Below are positions 50,789-60,242 of a stretch of 64,000 bases of DNA, piece by piece. The notes under the pieces are model-generated. The model saw only the letters and a program-made list of their open reading frames with translations. It made no database searches and had not been told where the DNA came from. Position 1 is the first letter of the stretch, and each line of letters starts with the position of its first letter. Source of the stretch: Vicinamibacteria bacterium (GTDB taxonomy: Bacteria; Acidobacteriota; Vicinamibacteria; Marinacidobacterales; Marinacidobacteraceae); NCBI GenBank assembly GCA_963555995.3, contig OY821641.1, positions 224,001-288,000 on the forward strand, in the 5' to 3' direction. The translations under genes and the position numbers were made by a program.

Positions 50789-53700
50789 ACCGTTTTCGGG
50801 ACACCGCGTTAGAACCGGAACCGAATCGCTCCCGCGACCTGCCGGCGCAGGATGCCGGACGGATCCCGCGCCGGCCGTCAGGCGGTAGATCGCGGGCACC
50901 AGCAGCAGGGTGACGAGCGTGGCGAACGCCACTCCGAAGGAAAGCGAGACCGCCATCGGGATGAGCACCTGCGCCTGCACGCTCCGCTCGATCATCAAGG
51001 GCGCCAGTCCCCCGCAGGTGGTGATCGAAGTGAGGACGACGGGGCGGAATCGGAGCGGTCCGGCCGCGAGCGCCGCTTCCCGAACCGTGGCCCCGTCGCC
51101 GCGGCGCCGGTTGATGAAGTCGAGGAGCACCAGGGCGTCGTTCACGACGATTCCGGTGAGCGGCACCATCCCGATGAAGCTGGTGAGGGACAGGGGCAGG
51201 CCCACCACCTGGTGACCGAAGACGGCCCCGGCGAGCCCGAAGGGCACCGCGGCCATGATCACGAAGGGCTGGACCCACGACGACAGCGGGACGGCGAGCA
51301 GCACGTAGACGAGGATCAGGGCCAGAACCAGGTGCCGGCGGAGCGCCGCCATGGTCTCCTGCTGATCGCCGGCGCTCCCCACCACGTCGAACCCGAGTTC
51401 GGGAAACCGGTCCCGGACGGCGGGAATCATCCGGGCCTCGGCTTCCGCGATCAGCGCGCCGGGTGAGGCCCGCTCCGGGTCCACGCTCGCGTTCACCGTG
51501 ACGGTGCGCTGATCGTCCAGCCAGCGTATGACCGACGGGCCCCGCTCCTGCGAGATCTCCGCCACCTGGCCGATCTCGACCGCCTCGCCGTCGCCCCGCC
51601 GCACCCGCATGCCGGTCACGGCGTCGAGGCTTCGCCGGCTCGACTCGGGATAGCGCAGGAGCACCCGGATCTCGTCGTGCCCGCGCTGGATGCGCTGGAT
51701 CTCCTCGCCGTGGAACGCCTGCCGCAACTGCCTGCCGAAATCCGCGGCGTCGATCCCGGTCGCCGGGCCCCCGGCGCGGACCCGCGCGACGAGTTCGGGA
51801 GCCTCGCCCTCCAGATCGTCCGAAACCGAGATGACCCCCGGGAACTCCCGGATCAACGCCGAGAGCGCCATCGCCCCCGCCCGGAGATCCTCGGGCGCGT
51901 CCCCGCGAATCCGGATCGAGAGGTCGCTGCCCTGTCCGATGACCGAGGTGAAGATGGTGACCTGGCCTCCGTGCGGCAGGGAACCGGCCAGCGCGCGGAG
52001 CTGGTCGGCGATCCGGCGGGGCGGCACCTCGGCGCGCTCCTCGGCGGGCGCCAGTTCCCAGACGAGTTGGCCGATCCTGGCGTCCGCGCCGACCTCCGCT
52101 CCCCCGAGCTCGCCGCCGGCCCCCAGCGGAAACCGCTGTCCCACCATCACGGCGAGGTTCCGGTGCGGATCGAGGCCGTGTTCGGCCTCGAAGTCCTGCC
52201 GCACGCGCTCGATCGCGGCCTCGAGTTCTTCCACCACCTCCGCCGTCGCCGCGGCCGTCGAGCCGGGCGGCAGCGAGACCTGAACCCGTACCGCGTCGGA
52301 GTCGAAGGGGGGCGCCGGCTCCACCGGGATCCAGCGGCCCCGGACGAGACCGAGCGCCAGCGCGAGCGCCGCCACGCCGAGGGCTACGGTCGCGCCCGGA
52401 TTGTCCATGGACCAGCGGAGCGCGGGCCGGTAGAGGGTCTCCACCGTCCAGTCGAGCGCTGCCTGGATTCGGCCCCGAATGCGCGCGAGCCGCCGGCTCG
52501 GGCGAACGGCGAGCCCGCCGTGCGCCAGGTGATGGGGCAGGATCCAGGCGGCGTCCAGCATCGAGAAGGCGAGCACCGGGATCACGATGCGGGGCAGCGT
52601 GCCCATGAGTTCGCCCCAGACGCCCGGGAGACCGAGCAGGGGCGAGAACGCCGCCATGGTGGTCAGCACCCCGAAGGACGCCGGAAGGAGAACCTGCCGG
52701 ACCCCGCGGACCGCCGCCTCCGCGGCCCCTGTCCGCCTCGCGGCGATGTGCCGGTGCACGTTCTCGCCGACCACGATGGCGTCGTCCACCACGATGCCGA
52801 GGGTGACGATGAAGCCGAACATGCTCAGCATGTTCAGCGTCACGCCGAGTCCCGGCATCAGCAGGAAGGCGCCGAAGAACGCCACCGGCAGTCCCGCCGC
52901 GGTCCAGACCGCGACGCGGGTGGAGAGCGCAAAGAAGAGAACGAGGAAGATGAGCGCCAACCCCTGCAGACCGTTCCGGACGAGCACCTCCATGCGGCTG
53001 TCGAAGAGCCGCCAGGCGTCCGCCCAGGGAGTCACGGCGAGCCCGGCCGGGAGCAGCGTGGAGGTTTCCCGCACCTGCGCCTGGACCGCCGTCACCGTCT
53101 CCAGCAGCCGGGCGTCCGGCGCCAGCATCACCTCGAGGAACACCGCCGGCTCTCCGTTCATCCGCGCCGCCCGCTGGACGTCGGTGAAGCCGTCGGTGAC
53201 AATGGCGATGTCCCCGAGGGTGACAGCCCCGCCGCCCGGGGCGCTGATGAGCGGAATCCGGGCGAACGCCGCCGCGGTCCCGGCTTCCGCCTCGGTCCGG
53301 AGGCGTACCTCGCTGGCGCCGGTCCGGACCGAGCCCGCCGGGATGTCGGCCGAAGCGCGGCGGATCGCCGCCGCGACCTGATCGAAGGTGAGTCCGAAGC
53401 GGGAAAGCACGTCCTCCGACACTTCGATCGCGATCTCGTAGTCCCGGCCGCTTGCCGTTTCCACCGCCGCGACGCCCGGCACGCGGGCGAGATCCTCCCG
53501 GACCTGGTGCGCCGCCTCCGTGAGCGCGCGCTCGTCAGCCGGCCCGTGCACCGCGACCCGCAGCAACAGCCGCCTCGTGGAACTCCGGGTGATGACCGGG
53601 TCCTCGGCGTCGGCGGGCAGGCTGGTGATCGCCTCGACACGTTCCCGCACCTCGTCGCTGACGCCCTGGAAGTCGGCCCAGTACTCCAGCTCCACGGTGA

Positions 53701-54019
53701 GCGTGCCGATCCCGTCGCGCGCGGTTCCGGAGATCTCCCGGATTCCGCCGATGTCCCGCAGCGCTTCCTCCATGGGCGCCAGCACGCTGTCTTCGATGAC
53801 CGAGGCGCCGGACCCCGGCCAGGCCGTGCTGACGGTCAGGGTCGAAGGGCTCGTCTCCGGGACCAGTTCCTGGGGGACGCCGCGGATCGTGAGGATGCCC
53901 GCCAGCGAGATCGCGAAGAGGAGCAGGTTCGCCGCGACCCGGTTCCTGACGAACCAGGCGATCGCGCCCCGCGAAGGCGGCCCGCCGGCCGGCGCGGCGG
54001 GCGAGGCGTTCTCGGGCAC
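50732..54019 (-). CDS. RND efflux permease (second subunit)
   Basis: IAWFVRNRVAANLL, GIVVDDAIVVGEN, GIVVNDAL, RFRPVVLTS. Start set at GTG 54019, downstream of the nested element. Confidence 0.92.
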   Translation of the reverse strand: MPENASPAAPAGGPPSRGAIAWFVRNRVAANLLLFAISLAGILTIRGVPQELVPETSPSTLTVSTAWPGSGASVIEDSVLAPMEEALRDIGGIREISGTARDGIGTLTVELEYWADFQGVSDEVRERVEAITSLPADAEDPVITRSSTRRLLLRVAVHGPADERALTEAAHQVREDLARVPGVAAVETASGRDYEIAIEVSEDVLSRFGLTFDQVAAAIRRASADIPAGSVRTGASEVRLRTEAEAGTAAAFARIPLISAPGGGAVTLGDIAIVTDGFTDVQRAARMNGEPAVFLEVMLAPDARLLETVTAVQAQVRETSTLLPAGLAVTPWADAWRLFDSRMEVLVRNGLQGLALIFLVLFFALSTRVAVWTAAGLPVAFFGAFLLMPGLGVTLNMLSMFGFIVTLGIVVDDAIVVGENVHRHIAARRTGAAEAAVRGVRQVLLPASFGVLTTMAAFSPLLGLPGVWGELMGTLPRIVIPVLAFSMLDAAWILPHHLAHGGLAVRPSRRLARIRGRIQAALDWTVETLYRPALRWSMDNPGATVALGVAALALALGLVRGRWIPVEPAPPFDSDAVRVQVSLPPGSTAAATAEVVEELEAAIERVRQDFEAEHGLDPHRNLAVMVGQRFPLGAGGELGGAEVGADARIGQLVWELAPAEERAEVPPRRIADQLRALAGSLPHGGQVTIFTSVIGQGSDLSIRIRGDAPEDLRAGAMALSALIREFPGVISVSDDLEGEAPELVARVRAGGPATGIDAADFGRQLRQAFHGEEIQRIQRGHDEIRVLLRYPESSRRSLDAVTGMRVRRGDGEAVEIGQVAEISQERGPSVIRWLDDQRTVTVNASVDPERASPGALIAEAEARMIPAVRDRFPELGFDVVGSAGDQQETMAALRRHLVLALILVYVLLAVPLSSWVQPFVIMAAVPFGLAGAVFGHQVVGLPLSLTSFIGMVPLTGIVVNDALVLLDFINRRRGDGATVREAALAAGPLRFRPVVLTSITTCGGLAPLMIERSVQAQVLIPMAVSLSFGVAFATLVTLLLVPAIYRLTAGAGSVRHPAPAGRGSDSVPVLTRCPENGGAPASAGIAGAPSAGSAV

Positions 54020-54026
54020 CCGGCCT

Positions 54027-54393
54027 AGCAGCCTGTGGAGAAAGTGACGTGAGCACCGAGAACGCCAAGGCGTCCGGCTGACAAGGCGCGTAACAGCCTG
54101 TGGTGGAACTGGCGTGAGCACCGAGAACGGCGAGGCACCTGGCTGACAAGGCGCGTGAGGGAGGAATACCGGGCGTATTCCGACCGAAACGCAACGATGA
54201 GGGCCGCGCAGCGGCCCGGTTCAGCCGGGATGCATCGCCGTTCGAATGCCACGTCCAGTTTCGCTACAGGCTGTTCAAGGAGGAATACCGGGTGTATTCC
54301 GACCGAAACGCAACGCAGAGCGCCTCGTAGAGGCGCGGTTCAGCCGGGATGTATCACCGTTCGAATGCCGCGTGACTTTTTCCACAGGCTGCT
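54027..54393. mobile_element. Nested family-2 elements (inner copy 54092-54275 inside an outer copy)
   Basis: Outer arms AGCAGCCTGTGGAGAAAGT / ACTTTTTCCACAGGCTGCT; inner arms AACAGCCTGTGGTGGAACTGG / CCAGTTTCGCTACAGGCTGTT; outer core is split at ACAAGGCGCGT | CAAGGAGGAATAC. Confidence 0.85.
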
Positions 54394-54423
54394 GGGGTAC
54401 GGTGGGCTGCTCCGAACCGGTTG

Positions 54424-57400
54424 CTAACCCGAGCCGCCCGGATCCAGCTTCAGCATCTCGGCGACGATCAGCACCGCCGGAATGAAGAACAGCAGCCCGA
54501 TGCTCGCGAAGGCGAGTCCCGCCGTCAGGCTGATGACCATCGGAACGGTGAACTGCACGGTCTCGCTCTTGTCGTAGAGCAGCGGCAGGAGACCGACGAT
54601 CGTGGTGGCGCTCGTGATCACGATGGGCCGCGCGCGGTCCCGGGCGGCGGCCGAGATCGCGGCGATGACCGGGAAGTCCGGGTTCTGCTGCCGCATTCCG
54701 TTGTACCGGTCCATCAGGATCAGGGTGTCGTTCACCACGACCCCGGAGACGGCGACCAGGCCGAAGAGGGAGACGTAGGTCAACTCGTAGCCGAGCACGA
54801 AATGCCCCAGCACGACGCCCACGCCGGCCATCGGCAGACCGGCGAGCGCCAGGAAGGGTTGTGCAAGGCTTCGCATCTGGGAGGCCAGTAGCCCGAAGAC
54901 CGCGAGCATGGCGAGCGGGAAGGTCCAGGCGAGCGTCCCGGCGGTACGCGCGCTCTGGCGGGTGGATCCGGCTGCCTCGACCTCGAGCCCCGGGTGGCGC
55001 TCGACGAGCGCCGGGAGGATCTCCCGGCTCACGGCCCGCCGCACCCGGAGGCCGCTCTCGATCTCCGGGTCGTAGAAGGCGGTTAAGGTGGCGGTGCGGC
55101 GCCCGTCGACCCGGGTCAGCGTCGCGTAGTCCTGGATCTCGGTGATCCGGGCGACCGTGGATAGCGGCGCGTCCTTTTCCGGTCCCAGGGAGATGCGCTC
55201 GTCCAGCAGGTCCCTGAGACTGCGGCGGCGTTCCGCCGGATAGCGGACGACCACCCGGATTTCGTCCGGCCCGCGCTGGATGCGCTGGACCTCGGCGCCG
55301 AAGAAGGCGTCCCGGAGCTGGTTGGCCAGGCGCCGGGGGGTCAGTCCGGCCATGAAACCCGCCTCCTTCAAGTGGAGGTCGTAACGCCGGGCTCCCGGCA
55401 CGAGCGTGTCGTGGACCTCCTGCATGGCCTCGATGTCGAGGGCGGCGTCCCGCAACTCGTCCGCCGCCCGGGCCACGACCTCGAGGTCGTCGTGCGCCAG
55501 GGTGTACGAGACGCTCGGAGAGAACAGGTCCGCGCTGGTCACGAAGTGGACCCGCTCCGCGCCCCGGACCTCCCCCAGCCGGTCCCGCCAGAGGCGCAGG
55601 AAGCCCAGCTCGTCGAGGGGGCGCGGCGACGGAGCGAACCGGACCTCCACGGAGGCCAGGTGGGTCTCCTTCAGGTAGTTCCGGGTCCCCACCATCGCCT
55701 CCCGGGGCAGCCGCTGACCGACGAGCACCGCGATGGATTCGAGCTGGCCACCGCCGGCCGCCTGATCCGCGGCGTGAGCCGCCTGGGCGAGCTGTTCCGC
55801 CGCCGCCTCGGTCATCCGCACCGGCGTTCCCGCGGGCATGGTGACTTCCGCCGTCAGGCGGTCGGAGCCCAGACTGGCGGGGAACGGATTGATGGGGACC
55901 GCCTCGACCACGACGAGCACCAGCGCCAGCACCACCGCCGCGGCCACCACGGCGATCACCACGAACGGTGCGCGCACTGCCCGGGCGATGGCCCGCACGA
56001 GCCTGCCCTGGATGAGCTCGTCGAAACCGCCGCGCGTCCGCGCCTGGATTTCGGCCAGGGGTGACCGACTCCAGGGCCGATCTCCCGCGAGATGTCCGGG
56101 AAGGACGAAGAACGCTTCGACCAGCGAAAACAGCAGGACCAGGATGACCGCGATCGGCACCACCCGGAACATCTGCCCCAACGCGCCCTCGAGCGGGAGC
56201 AGGGCCGCAAAGGCCACCATGGTGGTGAGTCCGCCCACCACCACCGGCCCGCCGATCGACCGCACGCCGGCAATGGAGGCCGCCGCGCCGCGGAGTCCCC
56301 GCTCCCGCGCCTTGGCGATGCTCTCGCCGACCACGATCGCATCGTCCACCACGATGCCGGTCACCAGGAAGAACGCGAACAGGGTGAGAACATTGACGGT
56401 GAGGCCGAAGGCGTCGAACAGCAGGAACGAGCCCAGGAAGGCCACCGGGATGCCCACCGCGATCCAGAGCGACATCCGCAGGTCGAAGATCAGCAGCAGC
56501 GCGACGAAGACGAGGACGGCGCCGAAGAGCCCGTTGCGGGACATCCGGGAGAGCCGGGAATCAATGGTCCGGGTCTCGTCCTCCCACAGCGTGATGTCCG
56601 CGCCGGACGGCGGGGCGTACCCTTCGAGGAAAGCCTTGACCTCCTCCGCGACCTCCTGCGGGGGCTGTCCGGCGCCCGCGTGAACGCGCACGAACACGGC
56701 TGGCTGGCCGTCAATCGTGGCGGCCACCTCCGCTTCCTCGAAGCCGTCCCGGACCGTCGCCACGTCCCGGATCCGGACGAGCGAGCCGTCCGCGCGGGCG
56801 AGCAGGACGATACCCCGGAACTCCTCTGCGGTCTCGCGTTTCGCGAGGGTGCTGATGACCACGTCGCCGGCATCCGTCCGCACCTCGCCTGCGGTCGTGT
56901 TGACGGACGACCCGCGAATACGGCGCACCACTTCGCCGATCGTCAGTCGGTAGCGCCGCAGGGCCTCCTCGCTCAGTTCGATCTGGATCTCGCGATCCCG
57001 CGTCCCGGCCAGGGACACGAAGGACACTGAGGGCAGCGCCAGCAGGTCCGCGCGGAGCGCCTCGCCGGCGCCGCGCAGCCCGTCCTCGTCGAGTTCCGTC
57101 GAGGTCAGGGCGAAGGTCAGGACCGACCGGATCACCTCGGTCCGCACGATTTCGGGCTGATCGGCCCGCGGCGGCGGGAAGTTCTCGATGCGCTCCACCG
57201 CCGTCCGGGTGGCGTTCAGCACGTCCACGGCGTCCGCGAAGGGTTTCAGTTCCAGCGTGACCTGGCTCCGCCCCTCGCTCGAGGTCGCGATCACCCGCTC
57301 CACCCCGACGATGCCGGAGACGGCCTCCTCGATCCGCGCGGTGACGTCCGCCTCGACCTCCGCCGGGGTGGCGCCCCGGAAGGGCACCGCGACGGTGATC

Positions 57401-57597
57401 GAGCGCGGGTCGTAGTGCGGCGCGCGCTCGACGGTGAGCCGGGAGGCGGCGAACAGGCCGCCGCCCAGCAGCAGCAGCATGAGGAGGTTGGCGGCGACGT
57501 GGTTCCCCGCGAACCAGGCGACCGGTCCCCGAGGGGTGTCCGGACGGGGTCCGGGGGGAGGCGTTCGGGTTTCGCCCGCCTGGTTCATGGTGTCCAT
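54424..57597 (-). CDS. RND efflux permease (first subunit)
   Basis: VAWFAGNHVAANLL, GIVVDDAIVVGES, GVVVNDT, RARPIVITS. Confidence 0.93.
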   Translation of the reverse strand: MDTMNQAGETRTPPPGPRPDTPRGPVAWFAGNHVAANLLMLLLLGGGLFAASRLTVERAPHYDPRSITVAVPFRGATPAEVEADVTARIEEAVSGIVGVERVIATSSEGRSQVTLELKPFADAVDVLNATRTAVERIENFPPPRADQPEIVRTEVIRSVLTFALTSTELDEDGLRGAGEALRADLLALPSVSFVSLAGTRDREIQIELSEEALRRYRLTIGEVVRRIRGSSVNTTAGEVRTDAGDVVISTLAKRETAEEFRGIVLLARADGSLVRIRDVATVRDGFEEAEVAATIDGQPAVFVRVHAGAGQPPQEVAEEVKAFLEGYAPPSGADITLWEDETRTIDSRLSRMSRNGLFGAVLVFVALLLIFDLRMSLWIAVGIPVAFLGSFLLFDAFGLTVNVLTLFAFFLVTGIVVDDAIVVGESIAKARERGLRGAAASIAGVRSIGGPVVVGGLTTMVAFAALLPLEGALGQMFRVVPIAVILVLLFSLVEAFFVLPGHLAGDRPWSRSPLAEIQARTRGGFDELIQGRLVRAIARAVRAPFVVIAVVAAAVVLALVLVVVEAVPINPFPASLGSDRLTAEVTMPAGTPVRMTEAAAEQLAQAAHAADQAAGGGQLESIAVLVGQRLPREAMVGTRNYLKETHLASVEVRFAPSPRPLDELGFLRLWRDRLGEVRGAERVHFVTSADLFSPSVSYTLAHDDLEVVARAADELRDAALDIEAMQEVHDTLVPGARRYDLHLKEAGFMAGLTPRRLANQLRDAFFGAEVQRIQRGPDEIRVVVRYPAERRRSLRDLLDERISLGPEKDAPLSTVARITEIQDYATLTRVDGRRTATLTAFYDPEIESGLRVRRAVSREILPALVERHPGLEVEAAGSTRQSARTAGTLAWTFPLAMLAVFGLLASQMRSLAQPFLALAGLPMAGVGVVLGHFVLGYELTYVSLFGLVAVSGVVVNDTLILMDRYNGMRQQNPDFPVIAAISAAARDRARPIVITSATTIVGLLPLLYDKSETVQFTVPMVISLTAGLAFASIGLLFFIPAVLIVAEMLKLDPGGSG

Positions 57598-57621
57598 CCC
57601 GGTGACCTCGGGCCGGCGGGC

Positions 57622-58758
57622 CTACTCGGCAACCCGGACGGCGAGTCCCTGGCGCGCTCCGACGACCCGGCCGACCACGACGCCCTGCCGGGGATCGAAC
57701 GCTTCGACCAGCCAGCCCGCTTCGGTCCTCCCGAGCGTCGTGGGAGTGATGGAATGCAGGGTGCCTCCGTCCACCACCCAGACGTTGCCCCCGGTTTGTT
57801 CGGCGGCCTCGGGCAGCGTGAAGATGTCCGACAGGACGGGCCCGCCCAGAGCGACGGTGGCGAAGGTGCCGGGCCGGGGAAGGTTCGAGGCGTTGCCCCG
57901 AAACGCCAGGAAGAGGGTGACGAGCCGGCTCTCCCGATCCACGACGGCCGCGACCCGGTCCACCGACGCCGCGAACTCCCGCCCTCCGGCGACCACGGTG
58001 GCGCGGCGGCCGACGATCGGCTCGAGGCTGGTCAGCTCCTCCTGGGAGATCTGGGCCTCCACCTGGAGCGCTCCGTTCTGGTAGACCAGCCCGAGGGGGG
58101 TATCCCGCCCCACGACCTGGCCGACCGTGACCCGGGCGTTTGCGACCTGGCCGTCGAAGGGCACCGAGATCTCCGTGCGGGAAAGGACCAGTTCCGCCTG
58201 CTCCACTCCCTTGCGCGCCCGGTCCAGGCAGGCCTGTTTCTCGGCGATCTTCGCCGTCCGGGCGACGAGCGGCGGCGGCTCCTCCCCGGGATGGTCCCGG
58301 TGGAACTCCAGGGTCGCTGCCTCCCCCTTCTGCTCCTGCCGCAGCAGGCCGGCTTCGGCTTCCCGCACCCGCGCCCGGGCCGCCTCGAGGCGGTTCGTGG
58401 CGTCGCGCTGATCGATCCGGACCAGCGTCTCTCCGGCCGGGAAGGAGCCGCCGGTGCGGAGGGCGGGAGCCACGTACACCACTTCGCCGCGGTTGTGGCT
58501 GAACAGCCGCACCCCGTCCAGGATCGTGACGGCGCCGGTGGTGCGGACGTTCCGGGCGGCCTCGCCCGCCGCCGGCCGGGTGACGGTGACCGTCGGGACC
58601 CCCGGCTCGGCGAACCTCAGGTCGTCCGTATGCGCCTGCCCCTGCGGAGCGCGGGCGAACCAGATGGCCACCACCACCCCGACGGCGATGACGACGAGCT
58701 GGACAATGCCGCGCCAGCCCCCGCGTTCACCGGTCCCGGTGTCGTTCTCTGCCGACAT
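57622..58758 (-). CDS. RND periplasmic adaptor (membrane fusion protein)
   Basis: N-terminal TM anchor; GETLVRID lipoyl half; coiled coil; RTEISVPFDG; GAGGAGG RBS. Confidence 0.9.
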   Translation of the reverse strand: MSAENDTGTGERGGWRGIVQLVVIAVGVVVAIWFARAPQGQAHTDDLRFAEPGVPTVTVTRPAAGEAARNVRTTGAVTILDGVRLFSHNRGEVVYVAPALRTGGSFPAGETLVRIDQRDATNRLEAARARVREAEAGLLRQEQKGEAATLEFHRDHPGEEPPPLVARTAKIAEKQACLDRARKGVEQAELVLSRTEISVPFDGQVANARVTVGQVVGRDTPLGLVYQNGALQVEAQISQEELTSLEPIVGRRATVVAGGREFAASVDRVAAVVDRESRLVTLFLAFRGNASNLPRPGTFATVALGGPVLSDIFTLPEAAEQTGGNVWVVDGGTLHSITPTTLGRTEAGWLVEAFDPRQGVVVGRVVGARQGLAVRVAE

Positions 58759-58877
58759 GCTGACCTCCTCGTCCTGGAGTTGCGGCGGCTGCGAAACCCG
58801 GACGGCCCGATTCGCAACCTCCAGGCTCTCCCGATCGTTGCGCCCCTATTGTGTCATCCTCTGGCTTCCGTCAGCGG

Positions 58878-59582
58878 CTACGCCAGACTCTGGATCCAGG
58901 ACACCGCTTCCGGCGCGAGTCCCGGGCCGTCGTGCTTGACGTAGAGGTAGAGGGTCTCCACCCGGTCGCGCAGCCGCTCCAGCATCCCGGAGATCACCAC
59001 GCGTTCCTCCGGGGTGTAGGGAGGGTCGCGGCGGAGGCGGACGTACGCGAAATCGGCCGTGACGGAGACATCCGGCGGCGCTTCCAGTTCCGAGACCCCG
59101 GCCACGAGCGCCGCGCCGGCTGCCCGGCAGGCGTCGCGCACCGCGTCGCAGTCCCACGACTCGTGCCGGAACTCGAGCGCGGCGCGGCGTCCCGCGGGAA
59201 GGCTCGCCAGGAACGCCGCCAGCCGTTCGTCGTTGCGGCGAAACCACGGGGGGCACTGGAAGAGAACCGGTCCGAGGCGATTTCCGAGCGGCTCGAGGGC
59301 CTTGAGAAACGACGCCACCGACTCCTCGGTGTCCGCGAGCCGGGCCCGATGGGTGATCCCCTGATGCGCCTTGACCGCGAAGCGGAAGGACGCCGGCGTG
59401 CTCGCGGCCCAGGCCGCCGCGAGTTCGGGTTTGGGGAAGCGCCGAAAGGTGTGGTTCACCTCCACGCTCCGGAACACCGAGGCGTAGTGGGAAAGGAAGT
59501 CGGCGGGCTTCGTCTTCTCCGGGTAGAAGGCGCCCACCCACTCCCGGAAACCGTAGCCGGACGTGCCGGCGAGGAGGTTCAA
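58878..59582 (-). CDS. DUF72 (YecE/UPF0759) family protein
   Basis: GTSGYGFREW, VEVNHTF, FAVKA, LFQCPP, EFRHESW, YVRLR; TTG start overlaps the upstream TGA. Confidence 0.88.
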   Translation of the reverse strand: MNLLAGTSGYGFREWVGAFYPEKTKPADFLSHYASVFRSVEVNHTFRRFPKPELAAAWAASTPASFRFAVKAHQGITHRARLADTEESVASFLKALEPLGNRLGPVLFQCPPWFRRNDERLAAFLASLPAGRRAALEFRHESWDCDAVRDACRAAGAALVAGVSELEAPPDVSVTADFAYVRLRRDPPYTPEERVVISGMLERLRDRVETLYLYVKHDGPGLAPEAVSWIQSLA

Positions 59583-60025
59583 CTGCTCTCGAAGAGGCTG
59601 TCGAACGCGGCCTTGGCGTCCCGGGCGGTGTCCAGCTTCCTCCCGGTCACGTCGAGGACCTCGGTGGGGCGGAAGTGGAGACATTCATTACCGGCCCACT
59701 TGTTGACGATGCGCTCCGGAATGTCGGCCCGGCATTCGTAGCGTTCCTTCGGATCGAAGAACGTGCAGTGCCGGCAGGAACGAAGCGGCGTGCTGCACGT
59801 CGGACACGTCGAGCCGACGACGATCGAGACCTCTCCGGTCGGCCATTGATACCCGCAGCGGGCGCAGCGGGTCACGATGGTGGCGCGCCGATCGCCGGCG
59901 AGCCGGAGCGTTCGCAACTGCTCGGTGTTGCCGAGGTCGGCGAGCCGCTCGCCCACTTCGCGCTGGAACCGGCGCTGCTCTTCGCTATCGCGACGCTTGC
60001 GCTGTCCGCGGCGGCGGTACTTCAT
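59579..60025 (-). CDS. Cys-rich zinc-ribbon hypothetical protein
   Basis: CARC, CPTC, CRHC plus two further Cys; C-terminal AKAAFDSLF. Confidence 0.75.
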   Translation of the reverse strand: MKYRRRGQRKRRDSEEQRRFQREVGERLADLGNTEQLRTLRLAGDRRATIVTRCARCGYQWPTGEVSIVVGSTCPTCSTPLRSCRHCTFFDPKERYECRADIPERIVNKWAGNECLHFRPTEVLDVTGRKLDTARDAKAAFDSLFESS

Positions 60026-60242
60026 TCGGGAAGAAGATCTACGGGGGTTTCGAGGGACGGCCCGGGGGGCCATCCGGAGCAGACGCGCAAACGAGGCGCG
60101 ACACGTTGATCAAATCGGATGCCCGGGACGACTCAGCGGCGCTGAATCGCCGACGGTTGGAGCAGTTCGGGGAGCGTCAGGGACGCGGAGCATCGGTCCC
60201 GACTGCTCGATCCGAAGCCTAACACGCCCCGAAGCGCGGCCG

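Noticed and set aside
50411-50913. Short ORFs over repeat clusters encoding recurring peptides (GAPASAG, ERRLQPA, CRLKPA)
   Set aside because: These are translations of the REP palindrome in different frames, not a protein family.
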